Source of the DNA: Oculina patagonica
Taxonomy: Eukaryota
NCBI RefSeq assembly: GCF_052425735.1
Contig: NC_135763.1
Span: 558,001 to 622,000 of the forward strand
DNA: 64,000 nucleotides
Reading direction: 5' to 3'
In this document: piece by piece, positions 49,267 through 62,653 of the stretch
Layout: each line of letters starts with the position of its first letter
How positions within the stretch are numbered: the first letter of the stretch is position 1
Notes under the pieces: generated by a model
The model's database searches: none
Told to the model about the DNA's origin: nothing
What the model saw: only the letters and a program-made list of their open reading frames with translations
Program-made: the position numbers and the translations under genes

Positions 49267-49299
<33 letters not shown>

Positions 49300-49379
49300 T
49301 TTTTAAAATATTCTTAAAAATTCGCAAATTTCAGCCTCGGTATTCTTATAAACTAGATTCTTATAAAATAAAAAGAGTG
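48995..49379. mobile_element. TA-flanked MITE
   Basis: TA|CACTCTTTTT...TTATAAGAAT / ATTCTTATAA...AAAAAGAGTG|TA. Confidence 0.75.
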
Positions 49380-50296
49380 TAAACCCATTTACTACCAAGC
49401 CGCAGGCGAGGGTTGTATTTGAGCGAGAAAATCACAAGTCGTGATCTTTATCAAATGTAATTATACAGACACAGCCATTTTTTAAAATTCCCTTTATGAA
49501 ACTACTAAAGGATAAAGATAGAAAGGAGTGAGGTGCATTTGCATTCATACTGGAATTCGAGGACAAAAAGAGACGTAAAACGAATACCGGTACATAAAGA
49601 AACCAAAGCAGCACCTGAAATACCTGTTACGGTAAATATGTGGCATTTTGCAATAATGAACAATTAATACCTTGCTGCACGTGGAAAATTTGCACATTTG
49701 ATTATAATTCAAAATTAATGACGCGATTTTATTTATTCATGCGCATTTAGCCCACTTGCAATATTTTAAATTTCGCAACCGTCTTTTAATTTGCTTCAAC
49801 TGAAACTTTTGAGCAAAGTTACATACAATTTGTTTACGTTTACCAACTTAGATAAACGGCTCTGCTTTTACAAGATGCTAGTAAATTGCCGATAAGAACG
49901 CCGCTTTTACGAACAATGCAAGCTCTTTGCCATGAGACTGGCACTTTGCTTGGCAGGTAAGCGAACGTTTAATTCTTTAACGGCGTAATTAATTTACACA
50001 TGTAGTTTTCAGAATTGTCAGCACTTTAGCTTCTGAACTGTACCATTCCTAAGTGGTAGCCGACCAACTTTGGTGGAAAATCGGTGGAAAATAGACATAT
50101 CACGCTTACTTTTTTCAGAAGATCTTTGGATACCCTTCTCAAATACAGTCGCCAAGTTAAAGTACGTGGCCACAGACAAGACAGGAAAGGCAATGTAAAT
50201 GAAAATGCCCGGCTTATGGAGGTAACTTACGGGTTTCTTGGGTTACAAAAATCTGATCTTTTCTCTGAGATCATTTAAACAGCAATTATTTGATAC

Positions 50297-50472
50297 TAGC
50301 CTGCGTAGCAAGCGCCGTATAGTTTCTAGCGCGCGTATGGCAGAAACGCGGAAGGCGCGAGAGGGTCACGCGAGGAAAAAAAATCGATTTTTCTTCGCGC
50401 GGCCTTCTCGCGATCGCGCACTCTTTTACTGAAACGCGTTAAAAACTACACAGACGCCTGCTACGCAGGCTA
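50297..50472. mobile_element. Mini TAGCC...GGCTA element with 9-bp TSD
   Basis: Perfect TSD ATTTGATAC and TIR TAGCCTGCGTAGCA. Confidence 0.9.
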
Positions 50473-51354
50473 ATTTGATACTTGAAAAAAATCCTTAAAT
50501 TAGATGCTATTACTTCACGTCTCCCGGTAAATGAGTTTCGCGTACTTTGTCTTGTATTTTTTCTAACAGTATTCTACTTATCAGAACAATTGCGACAAGC
50601 CACGGCAATTAAAGGACTAAGACAAAAGTTAAATGCTTATACCAAAGTCAAAGAAAGGCAATTTGTGGAAAAATTAAAAATTTGTCGCGACTCTTTCCAA
50701 TGAAAAGAAAACGGAGAGTTTAATTTGGAATGCAACAGGGATATTTGGGGCGAACTTTTCGGCGAAGTCGCCAGCTTTAAACCAAAAAAAATCTGATTTT
50801 CCCTCCATTTCACAAGAAAATTTTCAGTGTTATTTTATAAGAAAAATCGACCAAGTTTTCCATCGTCACACACTTATACACCGTGGAAATGTCACATAAA
50901 CTGCCCAAAACTTGTCAGTGAAACAGCTCGCCAAACGGCTCGTGGTTCCACATGTTTTGACATCATTTGCATGGTCTATTGGTGTGTAGACCGTGGCAAA
51001 ATGTGGTATTATTTGCTCGATACACGCCCCGAGGAGGGCCCGCTGCCATCAAATATAATCTGCACTGTAGAATAAAACAGCTGAGCCGTATTTAGACTGG
51101 GACTCTTCTCTACATCTATTACTTTTCTAGATCGCCTTGTTGTATTGATCTATACTCTTTATTTAAACACATTCCTAGATTCTGAGATATAATTCCCCAA
51201 TCATGCGAGATAACTCCACATTCCGAGAGAGAAATCCGCAATACACAGAGAAAGAGAAAGAATTCTGCGATAAACCTCTTTCTGTTCTGGTTTAATTCCT
51301 TTTCTTTGCGCGCTTTTTTAAGTGTTAATCACAAAAATTTAGACCACGTGGGTT

Positions 51355-51883
51355 TAGGCTTTTATAGATTGTGCTAGCATAATTTTTGGCATAATTGGAG
51401 CTAAAAAGCATAATTTGTGAAACGAGCACTGCCACGGCATAATTAGCAATTTTTAGCACTTTTTGGAGCATAAATTCATAAAATGTAGTAAATATGGTGT
51501 ACTTTCTACAGAAATAAATGAAATTTAGGTAGTTTGTTCTTGCAATGCGTGTTTTAGCTATACAATTGTGATTGTTAAGTCGTTGGAGGCATTTTACAAA
51601 CGGTTTAGAGATGCGAGCAGCTAATTTGGACAGCTGACGGCCGTGATAAACTGCCATAAACACAAATAAATTTACAACAACAGTTTATTTAAAAAACTTC
51701 ATAATTTGGTGTCGTTATTGCGCACCTCTATGTATAGAATCTACGTCATTTTGTGAGCATAATTTCGGAAATCAGAAGCATAATTTGGGAATTCTGGCAT
51801 AATTTTTGCATAATTTGGCAAAATTTTGAGCACTGCTAGTAGCATAATATGCCACTTTTAGGAGCACACTCTATAAAAGCCTA
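51355..51883. mobile_element. hAT-like MITE
   Basis: TIR TAGGCTTTTATAGA...TCTATAAAAGCCTA, perfect 8-bp TSD CGTGGGTT, and internal GCATAATT repeats. Confidence 0.9.
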
Positions 51884-52222
51884 CGTGGGTTACACTAGTT
51901 TCAGTCCTTAGCTTAGTTACAACACAAGCCAAATTTTATCTTAATGCTCCATCTAGACTGTATTAAATTTTTATTTTTAGCCTATATGCAGTGCTGAATT
52001 AGTATATTCCAAAACGGATATTGTCATTGGGATACCAGTATGCTGACCATCAAGGGGTTCTCACTAAGCGCGTGTTATTTGAAAACCGCTGAAACACTAA
52101 GAATAAATAACCGCAAAATTCTTTCATGTTCTCCCAGATTTTATTAACATTCATGCTACATTTGTATTTTTGAAATCCCCAAACCCATTCCCTCAGCATA
52201 TCCCATTGCTTCTGCTCCGTTT

Positions 52223-55200
52223 CTAGAAATCTGAATCAAGTCCTGAGCCGGATGAGCCTGAAAAGTACAAAAAACAAACAAACAAACAGTTTATCTCTTC
52301 AACAAGCCTCGGTGACAAGTCCTTTCGTGCGAACTACCATTTTTTGTCAAAAAAGCTAGGGACCATATTTAGTCCCTTCGACTTGTCTCTGGTTTGAATA
52401 AAAGGGGAATGTCCTAGAAAATTTTTCCATCAAAACTATGGCTGTCCATTTGCGTGAACTGTTCGTGCAAACAAGGTTGCATGAGGGGGTAATGGATAGC
52501 CATTCCGTCCTTCTCCCTAAATAAGCCTATAAACTAAACAATCTGCACAAACAGTGATTTAATTTTAATTAAACCGAGACAATTTTTAAATTCGTGTCAG
52601 TGACGCTACATACAGCTGCATGTACGCGTGCTTCGGCACTCCCATGTGTCAGCTTTTATGAACTGGCGTTATTAATCCTTGATTCGGGATTGATGGGAAA
52701 AAGTGGCCTGGGGACAAGGTTGTGACTTGGGTTGTCTTATCACTCTCCTCACCAGGGCCAAGATTGCATACAAGATTGTTGTGTTACCTTCACACGCGTC
52801 ACGCAACACATCTGCAAGAATAGTGGAGAGAGAATGGAAATCATGAACCATAAACAGCCTCTCTTCTTTTCCTGACACAATACTCAGAAGTTTTTTTTTC
52901 TGAACTTTCTTTCCAACTCCAACTGCAAATATATCCACGGCCTTATTCTTGGAGAAAAAAGAATGGAAAGGAATGTTTGCTTCTACTACAAAGGATCCCC
53001 GTTTATTTTTACAGACTGTTACATAAAAAGAAGCACATTTTGAAGAAAATCAAACCTTCAAGTTAAACCTCAGATTACAACAGTAGCTGTTGAAGCAAAT
53101 ATCTCCGAGAAAAAGTGAGATAGAGAGAAAAAAATAAATGGATAAATAATAAAATAAATAAATACTAATAATAACGATGATAATAGAAAAATAAAACCAT
53201 CTATAATATTACTAGACTGCTATCTACATAAGTTACAGTGACATTCATGTGCCAAAGAAGTTTGACGCATTTTATCTTAACACTCATTCAGAGACGTTAT
53301 CGACCTCAAGTCCTCTGTGAGTCTGTTCCACATAGTTGCAGATGTATATCTGAACGAATGCAGTCCATATATGGGTATGTTAACGTATGGAATAACAAGC
53401 TTTCCTGATGATCCTCGTAAGTTCAGTATTTTTCATTTGACGTCTTAGTCCTCTTAATGTCATATATTCTATGATTCTGAATCTGTTTTGTACTTCGTTT
53501 TAGGCGCTCTCTCCTTACCCTGGGTGTTCAAACATATCTTACTCGAAATTTGGAGTACCTCGGGATTGTCCAGAGCAAAAGGAACTTTACGAGAAAGAAA
53601 AACGTACGAGAAAGTATCTTACTGGCCCTCCGACGCCGAAGATGTTCTTGAGAGATTACAAAAGTTTTAGATTTCTGATAAAATCAAACCTTGATGTTCC
53701 ATAGGTTCAAATTTGATGAAAAACAACAACAACAACAACAAGAGAAATTTCAGTGCTAGTCTTTAATTGGGTTTCTACCTACGTAATGAGAAGAACCCAA
53801 ATGCTCTTTCCTGCACGTAACACTTTACTTATCTAAATAAGAAACGTTCGAACCTTTAGTGGTTCCACAAAAGTCCCAAAGTCTTTGACTCGCGGCTGTC
53901 TTCCGTCAGTCATCAGAAACAAAACTTTTGCTGTGTTGTCTTTGTTTACTGTCTGAGTAAATAACTTCTCGTTGGCCTCCTGAAGAGCTAAGTCAATTCT
54001 AGTGCCCTTTTTCAGTCTTTCTTTTCCGAGTGTCCTGAGTGTCTCATTAACGTATTCAAGGTTTTGGTTGTCGCTGTGATCAAAGGCCAGGCGAAGTCTT
54101 GCTTTTCTGTTAAAGGTTATAAGACCAAGGCGGGCTGCACCTGACAGGTCAATATTACTAGCCAGAGCCAAGACAACCTTTATCAACTCAGTAAATTGTT
54201 GTCTTTTTAAGCTTTGAGAATCATCCAGTAAAATTGCCATATCGATAGCATTTGAGCATGGCGTCAGAGCTGTAAATTGGGAGTATACTAAGAAGTGTTT
54301 ATATTCACACTACATCGAGTCAAACTATGATAAAATACCTTAAACAACCTTAACTCTGTTCGGCTTGGGCATTCGTGAGCAGGTGGGAAGAGGAAAGCGA
54401 GGAGGGAGGCAAAACTCCCCACCTATGTATCTGCAAATGTATTTTTTTTCTACCACTACCAATACCACCGCCTCCGCGATCGCCACTACTAAAGCCCCGG
54501 CTAAACGATTAAATATTTTCGTCCAACATCATATTGGAAGAGCATGTTTGACCGTTTAGCCGCCTCTCTCAGCATTGCATTTAAATGGTTTTCCATGTTT
54601 GATCTAGATCAAACATTTTCATCCAACATTTTTCTTCACGCGCAAATGTTACCCGAGGCTTAATACTTCTACTAATAATTCTACGCTACTTCTACATCGT
54701 GTTCATACTGTATCCCATTTCGTTTCACACGTGCATTCAAACTAGTGAATAGAACACATCCACGTACAATTTGAATGGATCTCTGAGTGAGTAATTGCTA
54801 AATGTTGCAGTGCTAGCCACGCACTGGGACATTCTAATCAAAGAAAAGCAGCAGCACTATTCAGCCCAATGATCAGCCACAAAGTAGACGTTCTTTCAAA
54901 TGGCTTTGCCCTGAAATTTTTACTGGAAATGTAATTATTATATTTCTCAGAGATGCAAACATATAACTTACGGCAGGGTCCTAAATTGCAAGGCTCAATT
55001 TTCTCGGGTGCTCCAATGCAAGTCTTTCCTCCGTACTGTGGTGGGGGGTTCGTACAAGTTCTTGTGAATTTTTTCACTCCACATCCGCATGTTGTGCTAC
55101 AGCTGTACGCCTCCCAGTCTTTGTACCCACCGTCGATTGCTGAATATGAATTGAAAAAGAAAAAAAAAAATAGTGAAGAGAAGCTCTACCTGAAGCGGTT

Positions 55201-58200
55201 CGACCTGTCACGCAACGCTTCTTAACACTCAAAAAAACATTGCGTGACGACCAACATAACTGCCACAAAGGAAAAGCGAAGATCAGCTGATTTGATAAAA
55301 CCGTAGTATAGTCATTGCTGTGTCCGACCGTCCAAGACGGAATGTACGCATAATGAGACGATAGATACCGTTACAGAAGCGATGATTTGTGTACGTTTTG
55401 TAAAACTGAGTCAGAAACCTCAAATCATTTCTTTTATAACTGTTCCCACACTAGACAATTCTGGACAGATTTTGCATCATACTGGCACCTACTATCAAAA
55501 CAGAAAATCCACCTCTCCCTAAAAGATGTTTTATTTAGAATATATACGGAAAAATGCCCTTTACTTGATCTATTAAATTACTTCATAATTATTGAAAAAT
55601 TGTTCTTGTGGGACTGCAGAAGAAGTCAAACCCTTCTTAAAATCGAGGGGTTTAAAGCCAAATTTAAAATTAAGTATGAAATAGAAAGTAAAATCACAAA
55701 AAAAGAATATTTTAATAAAAAATGGATACTTAAACCTATATAATAGATATGTATTATTGTTATTATTTCAAATGTTACTATCCTTAAGGCCATCTTTGTG
55801 TGTGTAATAAGTTGAGAATTGTAATAGTGAAGTGTAATTATCATATTTATTAATTAACTTTATTTAATTTTTTTTTCATTATAATTTTTTTCCTTTTTCT
55901 AAAATGTATGTACCTTTACTGTGTAATTAATGTTCTTTTTTGTAATTGAAATAAAAAAATAAAAAAAGAAGAAAAGAGAATATCGTACAAATATCGTACA
56001 AAGAAATGCAACATGTGTTGCATGATGTTGGCGCATTTTTGCAATCAGTAAAACTTTTGAGCCAAATTAGGCCCTGTCCACATTAACCCAGGTAAATTTG
56101 AAAATGATACGCTTAATCGCATACAGCGCTTGCACAGAGCTATTGTTAAGCCTTTCGTTTTGACAGAGATCATGACTATTTGACGTCAGCTTTTTCCAAA
56201 AGTCCCGTTTTCGTCCGATTTCACCGTCCACACTTCATCACCTAGCCGGCGTTTTTAAATTTAGCCACTTTGGAAACGTTTTTTGAAAAAAAAAACCGTT
56301 TTCGGTGAGCGAAAAAGCTCATTGTCGACGGTTGGCCTATCCGGAGTAAAAAAGATGTGTTTTTAAGTTTACCTGGGTTAGCCTAACCCTAAGTCTTAAC
56401 CCTCAGGCCAACACATCTTTTTTTCTGGTGATCGGTGAAGCGTGTCGCAACATGTTATTTTCGATGACACGGTTCACGCAACACAATCTCGTTCCCAAAG
56501 CCTGCGTTCCCCTTGACCAGCGGTCGGGAAACTCAACGGCTCTGGACGAATCCAAACCGGAACCAGGAAACCCTGGTTCCGGTTTCGATTGTGCGCGTGC
56601 GCCAGATATTGTGGTGAAACGAACAAGTTTTCAACAGCCAATCAGATTCAGACGCCTTTGTGGCGGCTTTTCAGAATAGCCCCGGCTCCTGACGCAGACC
56701 AGAAGGATCGCAGCCTCTGGGGACGAGATTGCGCGCAACATTGTAAGGTCTGAAAGTGTTAAATGATCATCGCTGTGAATTTCTAATTTAAGCAATTGGA
56801 ATAAAGAAGCCTGAAAAAAAATTCAGGGCTTCAACGTTAAAGCCCTGAATTTTTTTTTTCAGGCTTCTTTATTCCAATTGCCTAAATTGGAAATTCACTG
56901 CGATGATCATTTATCACTTTCATATCCATCCGCAGTTCATATATGAATCATTTCATATACATTACATCATTGTAAGGTCTATACGTCAGTGCGTAATGAA
57001 TGCTTATTAATGTTGGTTTCGTTATGGCTTCTGCGTAAATATCAATTCCAAATTCCCTTGCGGTATAAGTTTTATGCAATATTGCCCAACATGTTGTGAT
57101 CGTTTGAAAACCCTCGGTCAAAATTGCGCAGCAATATTGGGCAATGTTGTGCCAACATGTTTGCACAGGCCTAAACGCATGACAATGTCCAACGTGGCCA
57201 CACACGCCGCAACATTGAGGAGCAACCGCTCGCACGTTACACGTTGAGGACGAATGCTTACACTGCTTGAGTGAAAATAAATAAAATGAAAACGTGTAGA
57301 ATCAACAATAAATAAAGGAATAAACATGTGGGCACAAAAAAGAACACTAAGGCCATCCCAATAAAATGTTTCGTTTCCCATTGCTTCGTCTCTTGTGATG
57401 GTGGGTCGGTCGGTCGGGCAAAAAAAAGAATAAACACTTGAAGGGTTTGGGTTCCAAACTATACTATGTAAGAAAGCCTGATTACAAAGTCAACTCTTTT
57501 CGTTCGTTATTCCTTATCAAATGTCTAAATAGTCTTTAATAACGTAGTGTCGATGCTTATTAAAGACAAAGACATTACATCATACCAATTGTTGTTAATA
57601 AAACAAGATCGCGTGCTTGTAAATTGAAGTACTTGCTTCTTTGACTAGTGAATCTGGAATTTACTTTTCTTTTATTTACTTTTCGAAAAAAATGGGTCGG
57701 TCGGGCGATGGGAAACGAAACATTTTATTGGGATGGCCTAAAGAAATCGGAACGACAGAACAATGTTATTACCTTGAACTATTTTGTAAACGTAATTGGT
57801 GTGTGCCACCCCGGCGCACGCCTCAGCATTGTCATCATCATGGCAGTTTTCAAAGTCCGTGTTTTTACATTGGTCGCTTTGCCCGTGCTGATATGGATCG
57901 AAATGGTCATTTGTGTCCATGCTGGTCCAGCATTCACCGTAAAATTGGATTGCGAAGAAAGCTTGACCGTTTTGGCGGGCGGCGTCTCCACAGCGGCAAA
58001 CTAATCTAGAAACAAATGGTCAGTGATAGTTAATATTACTTTTATTGCTTCAAAGCTGTTGTTTGGATGTTGTGCGGTTTTCAAACGATTCAAACAGCAT
58101 TTGCTTTTTATCAATAGCCTTTGATATTCAGTTTGCAAGTCAATGCAGTGGAAGATGAAGGCAAGAGAAGGGAATTTCGGGCAAATAACAGCATTAAATG

Positions 58201-61010
58201 ATCGGCATTAAAAAATTTAAAACAATATTTTCAGGTGGCTAAAAAATCATGATGATTTGCAACTTAACTAAAATTGCCTTAATCCTTTCTTCAGCTTCTT
58301 TAATAGGTTATTTGTGAAAAGTTTTCTTATAAAATTGTATGTTCTGATTCCCAAAAAATAAGAACAGACTGGGGAAATGGATCACCAGCTACAAATGTAC
58401 CATGGATTGGTCAACATTATCAGACGCTATTAGATCACCAAGATTATTAAGACCTATGCCCTGTGACATTTTTAAAAAGAAAATTAAGAACTTGTTATAG
58501 TGTAATAGCAAAATACTTTAGCTTTTTGTTGAACAAATGTTTAAAACATTATACTTGTAATTTTATCTTTTACCATTTTAACTTGATTTTTAACCTTGCA
58601 ATTAATTTTATTTGAGGACGTCCCTAAAAACCACGTCATGTGACGAAAGCCTCTTCTTGAATTTTTTTTTATTTTTTTATTGGTCATTTCTTACTTGCCG
58701 AGACCTCATTAGACTTCGTCCAGGAAAGTCTGAGAAGATATTTCCATTCTGAAAGCGAAGGTGCTTTTCACACAGCCAATGGGCACGAACGATTAACAGA
58801 AATTTGTTTAAACAACCTTCCCTGACATTTTCCTTAGGGCCTGTTTACATGATTCCGGAATGACTTTCATTCCGGAACGAAACTCGTTCCGGAATGAAGT
58901 TTGTTCTGCATTTACATGACAGAGTCGACCGGTTCAACCAAAGGCATTTTCACGTGCGCGGTTTTCGCGCGAGATCAAAACAAGATGGTGCATGTTTCGC
59001 GCAAACATGTTTTTGTACCCATTAATGGCCGTATATGCAATTTTAACGAGTAATTTCACCATAGAGCTGCTTCATTGGGCTAAATAGTGAATGCTATTAC
59101 GTTTTTTGCTCTGAATTCAAACTGTGGAGTCCGTATGTGGTTTCACGAGTTGTGATTTCATCTCGGAACGAAATTCGTTCTGGGTTTACATGATACCAGA
59201 ATGAAATGTCATTCCAGAACGAAAGTTTCATTCCGGAATGAAAACCGGAATGAACTCATTCCGGAATGACTTTCATTCAGGAACGAGTTCATTCCATCCC
59301 CATACATTTCTCTGTATCTGTTTACATGATACCGAGACGAAAGTCAAGTCATTCCGGAATGAGTTCATTCCGGTTTTCATTCCGGAATGAAAGTTTCGTT
59401 CTGGAATGACATTTCATTCTGGTATCATGTAAACACAGAACGAATTTCGTTCCGAGATGAAGCCGAAACTCGCGAAACCGCATACGGACTCCACAATTTG
59501 AATTCAGAGCGAAAAACGTAAAAGCATTTACTGTTTAGCCCAAAGAAGCAGCTCTATGGTCAAATTACTCGTTAAAATTGCAGATGCGGCCATTAATGGG
59601 CACAAAAACATGTTTGCGCGAAACATGCGCCATCTTGTTTTGATCTCGCGCGAAAACCACGCACGTGAAAATGCCTTTGGTTGAACCGGTCGACTCTGTC
59701 ATGTAAATGCAGAACGAACTTCATTCCGGAACGAAACTCGTTCCGGAATGAAAGTCATTCCGGAATCATGTAAACAGGCCCTTAGTTTGTTACATTGTTT
59801 CAATCCATTGTGATTTTAATAAATGTTTAAAAACATTTATTGTTTTATTTTACGATTTACCGCTTTACCAAAGAGCTGTTATTTAACATTATCGATATTT
59901 GTAAAAGGTTTTGGAAAGTGGAGTACAAGTAATAATTTCTAAAAGCAATGGAATTCTTTTGATTTTTGAAGAAGACCTAGAAGAAAAGAATTTTTCAAAA
60001 GTTTCACTGTTTATATACACTGAAAAGTTGTTATTATTGAAAAGTAATATATATTGCTATCTAAATTTATTGTTGTTTTTTCATTAAATTTTTTCTCTCT
60101 ACAGCTTGGATGGTACAAATCAAACACTGACTTACTCTGGTAGATAGGTTTTCCACTGTTCCCAGTCAATCTTTTGACCACTGTATGTACTCTTGTACCC
60201 TTTGTCTCGATCTTGAAATAAAAGGTGTTTTAATCCCCTTCGCTCCGTTTTGTCATTGAAGCAACCAACTTTGACGTATTTTACTGAGCCATATTTCTCT
60301 GGGCAAGAGTTATCTGTAGAGAACATGAAATAGCAAGAAAACATTAAGAGCAATTTTCTTTAAAAATAATTCTTTAGTCTTTACATAAAAAGCCCAGGTC
60401 AAACGGTAACGCAAGTGGACGCAAGTAGTCGCAAGTTCAACTTGCGTACAGACTTGCATTCATGGCCTAACGGACACGCAAGTTTAGTCGCATGCAAGTG
60501 CACGCAAGTTTGCAAAAAGTCATTTAAAATTCTGCGAGGTGTAATTCAGTATGTGAAGTAAACTGCACAAAAATGCGTTGGCTTGCAATAGGTGGCTCTG
60601 AACGTTAAAAAAAATTGCGTTAACTTAACTGCAAATTTGATCTATCCAAAGTCAACGCAAGTCAACGCAAGTTGACGCAAATTTTCAACAAATGTCTACT
60701 TGCGTTGCCGTTTGGTCGGTGGCTGAAACTGGCAACCTAATTCGTAGTTATATGTTAAACACGAGAGACAGTGTTTCATCGGGATATCCAAACACCAAGG
60801 AGAGAGTTGAGAATACGACGCACAGCGGAGTATTTTTGACGAAATTCGAGGTGTTTGGATAGCCGATATTCAGAGTTTGAAGCAGCTAACGATAGCTGGC
60901 GACATTTCAAATTTCAAAGTTGGCCATACTTACAAGAACTATCCACCAAACAATCCGGCGACTGCAACAAGGGAAAGAAAAACCACCAATAGGAGCGCAG
61001 CAGCTCTCAT
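52223..61010 (-). CDS. Secreted extracellular-matrix-like protein: signal peptide, WSC-like Cys domain, TSP1 repeat, vWFA domain (about 420 aa)
   Basis: Exons 61010-~60934 (MRAAALLLVVFLSLVAVAG signal peptide, phase problem), 60313-60136 (YVKVGCFND), 58005-57773 (CRC...FFAIQFYGECW...NYVY), 55139-54972 (TSP1: IDGGYKDW...CSTTCG...RTCTNPPPQYGGKTC), 54269-53854 (vWFA, DDSQS MIDAS, MTDG), 52947-52788 and 52257-52223. Phases are consistent from 60313 onward. Confidence 0.8.
55381..55970 (+). mobile_element. 5'-truncated L1/Tx1-type non-LTR retrotransposon (C-terminal zinc knuckle, 3' UTR, A-rich tail)
   Basis: ORF 55387-55743 begins CTFCKTESETSNHFFYNC (CCHC motif typical of L1-clade ORF2 ends) and includes KLFLWDCR. 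It is followed by AATAAA and an A tail at about 55950-55970. Confidence 0.85.
56484..56731. mobile_element. CAATCTCG-family MITE
   Basis: CAATCTCGTTCCCA...TGGGGACGAGATTG with TSD CACGCAACA/CGCGCAACA. Confidence 0.85.
56761..56911. repeat. Palindromic repeat (~70-bp arms)
   Basis: AAATGATCATCGC...TTCAGGGCTT caacgtt AAAGCCCTGAA...GCGATGATCATTT. Confidence 0.85.
57351..57738. mobile_element. PIF/Harbinger-type MITE
   Basis: TAA|GGCCATCCCAATAAAATGTTTCGTTTCCCAT...ATGGGAAACGAAACATTTTATTGGGATGGCC|TAA. Confidence 0.92.
58837..59781. mobile_element. 945-bp foldback PIF/Harbinger-type element
   Basis: TTA|GGGCCTGTTTACATGATTCCGGAATG...CATGTAAACAGGCCC|TTA, with inverted arms of about 430 bp and TTCCGGAA repeats. 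Confidence 0.92.
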
Positions 61011-61088
61011 TGTAAACCTAAGGTAGAAAAAAGGAAAATAAGTAAACAAGTTTGCATTAACAGACGATCGCAATAGTGCGAGTATCCC

Positions 61089-61391
61089 ACAGGTAACCAA
61101 AGCGTACTATGAGAGTTTGTATGGATTTGAAATAAAGTTGAGAAAAATATCCCTTTTTACCGGTGAAAAGTTATAATGAAACTTTAAACCTTACCTGGTG
61201 TCACGTTTTTGTATTTCTAGTGCTTTAGAAAGTCATACGCGCGATACAAAAACGTGACACCAGGTAAGGTTTAAAGTTTCATTATAACTTTTCACCGGTA
61301 AAAAGAGATATTTTTCTCAACTTTTTTTCAAATCATACAAGCTTTTATAGTACATTCATACAAACTCTCATAGTACGCTTTGGTTACCTGT
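61089..61391. mobile_element. Foldback element with 9-bp TSD
   Basis: ACAGGTAACCAAAGCGTACTATGAGAG... inverted arms of about 130 bp, with a perfect TSD GAGTATCCC. Confidence 0.9.
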
Positions 61392-61782
61392 GAGTATCCC
61401 ACACCGAAAAAACAGATAAACTGTGATATTGTTTTCGTTACCACATTTCATATCAAAATTAAACTGAATTTTAACACAAAACTCAATTTCACACTTCATA
61501 CACCAGCCTGATAAGTATATCAATGAAATTAAAACCAAATAGATTAAAATATAGAATCATGTGTACCCGACGGAACGCTGTGAATTAACTCTTACAAATT
61601 TAAATTACCTGTTTGAGAATTAAGCAGACATTACCAACTGCTACTAATACGCTAGTCAATGCACGTAAAATTTAAATTAGAAATTTTTATTTCAAATTCC
61701 CATGGTAACTGGTTTTGCAATACAGTTTTCCGAGTTCTTTGTTTTCGTTTGTTCGCAGTTTGCGATAAAAAAATAAAAAAAA

Positions 61783-62235
61783 TCAACTTCGTTTAACGAG
61801 GGTTGCACATAACGGTCTTTCGACTGACAAACCTGTGGCTCTCGGATTCCCGATCGAATTGGAATTTAAAAGTGTTGGTTTTTGTGGAGGGAGGAAAACC
61901 ATAGAACCCGGAGAAAAACCCTCGGAGCAAGGACGGGAACCAACAACAAACTCAACCCACATATGTTGCCGGGTCTGAAATCGAACCCGGGCCACATTGG
62001 TGGGAGGCGATGGAGCGGGATCAAGCGGGATCAAGGTTTTGAGGGGCAAGACTCATACTGCCTCTCTTCACCCACGAGTATAAATGGATGCGACAATGTA
62101 AATGCTTGGGTAACCCTGCATGTAGGCTAGCATCCTATCCAGGGGAGAGTAGAAATATTCTTTGTCGCTTCATGCTGTGAAAACCGGAGATAATCTTCGT
62201 ATAATGGACCACGAGGCTCGAACGCAGACCTTACT
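61783..62235. mobile_element. Two abutting SINE fragments
   Basis: 61783-62010 is a tRNA-headed SINE on the minus strand (GGTTCGATTTC B box). 62020-62235 matches the 3' part of the 33148-33420 family. Confidence 0.7.
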
Positions 62236-62653
62236 TTTAAAAAAAGGGGAGTTTAAAACACATTGTTTCTGTTCTTTAGCCTATTGGCAGGAATATTGTC
62301 ACAACTTGCAACTTCTGAAGCTGCTGTTGATAGAGTTGTACTCTTTGCATTATGTAGTCAAGAAAAAGTTATTTAAAAACTGAGTAAATTCCAACGAAAT
62401 ACAACAAATGTGTAATATTTTCAGGAAAATATAAAGTTTTGGCTTTTCGGATTGAAAAACTGAGAGTCTTAATACGCATTAAAATCAATGAAGATACAAA
62501 TCATACATCTGCCGCTTGATTCTCTTTCAAACTCCTGCCTTTTGCTAGTATTTACAAGCAAGAGTTGACGAAACAATCGATAAATTGCAATGTTACAGTG
62601 ACGTAAAAAGAAAAGGAAAAAACTCTTTGGAGTTATGAACCGAGTGCACTTAC

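Noticed and set aside
58695-58820. Possible extra exon in the vWFA gene
   Set aside because: The flanking exons already join in phase and the peptide would interrupt the WSC-like domain.
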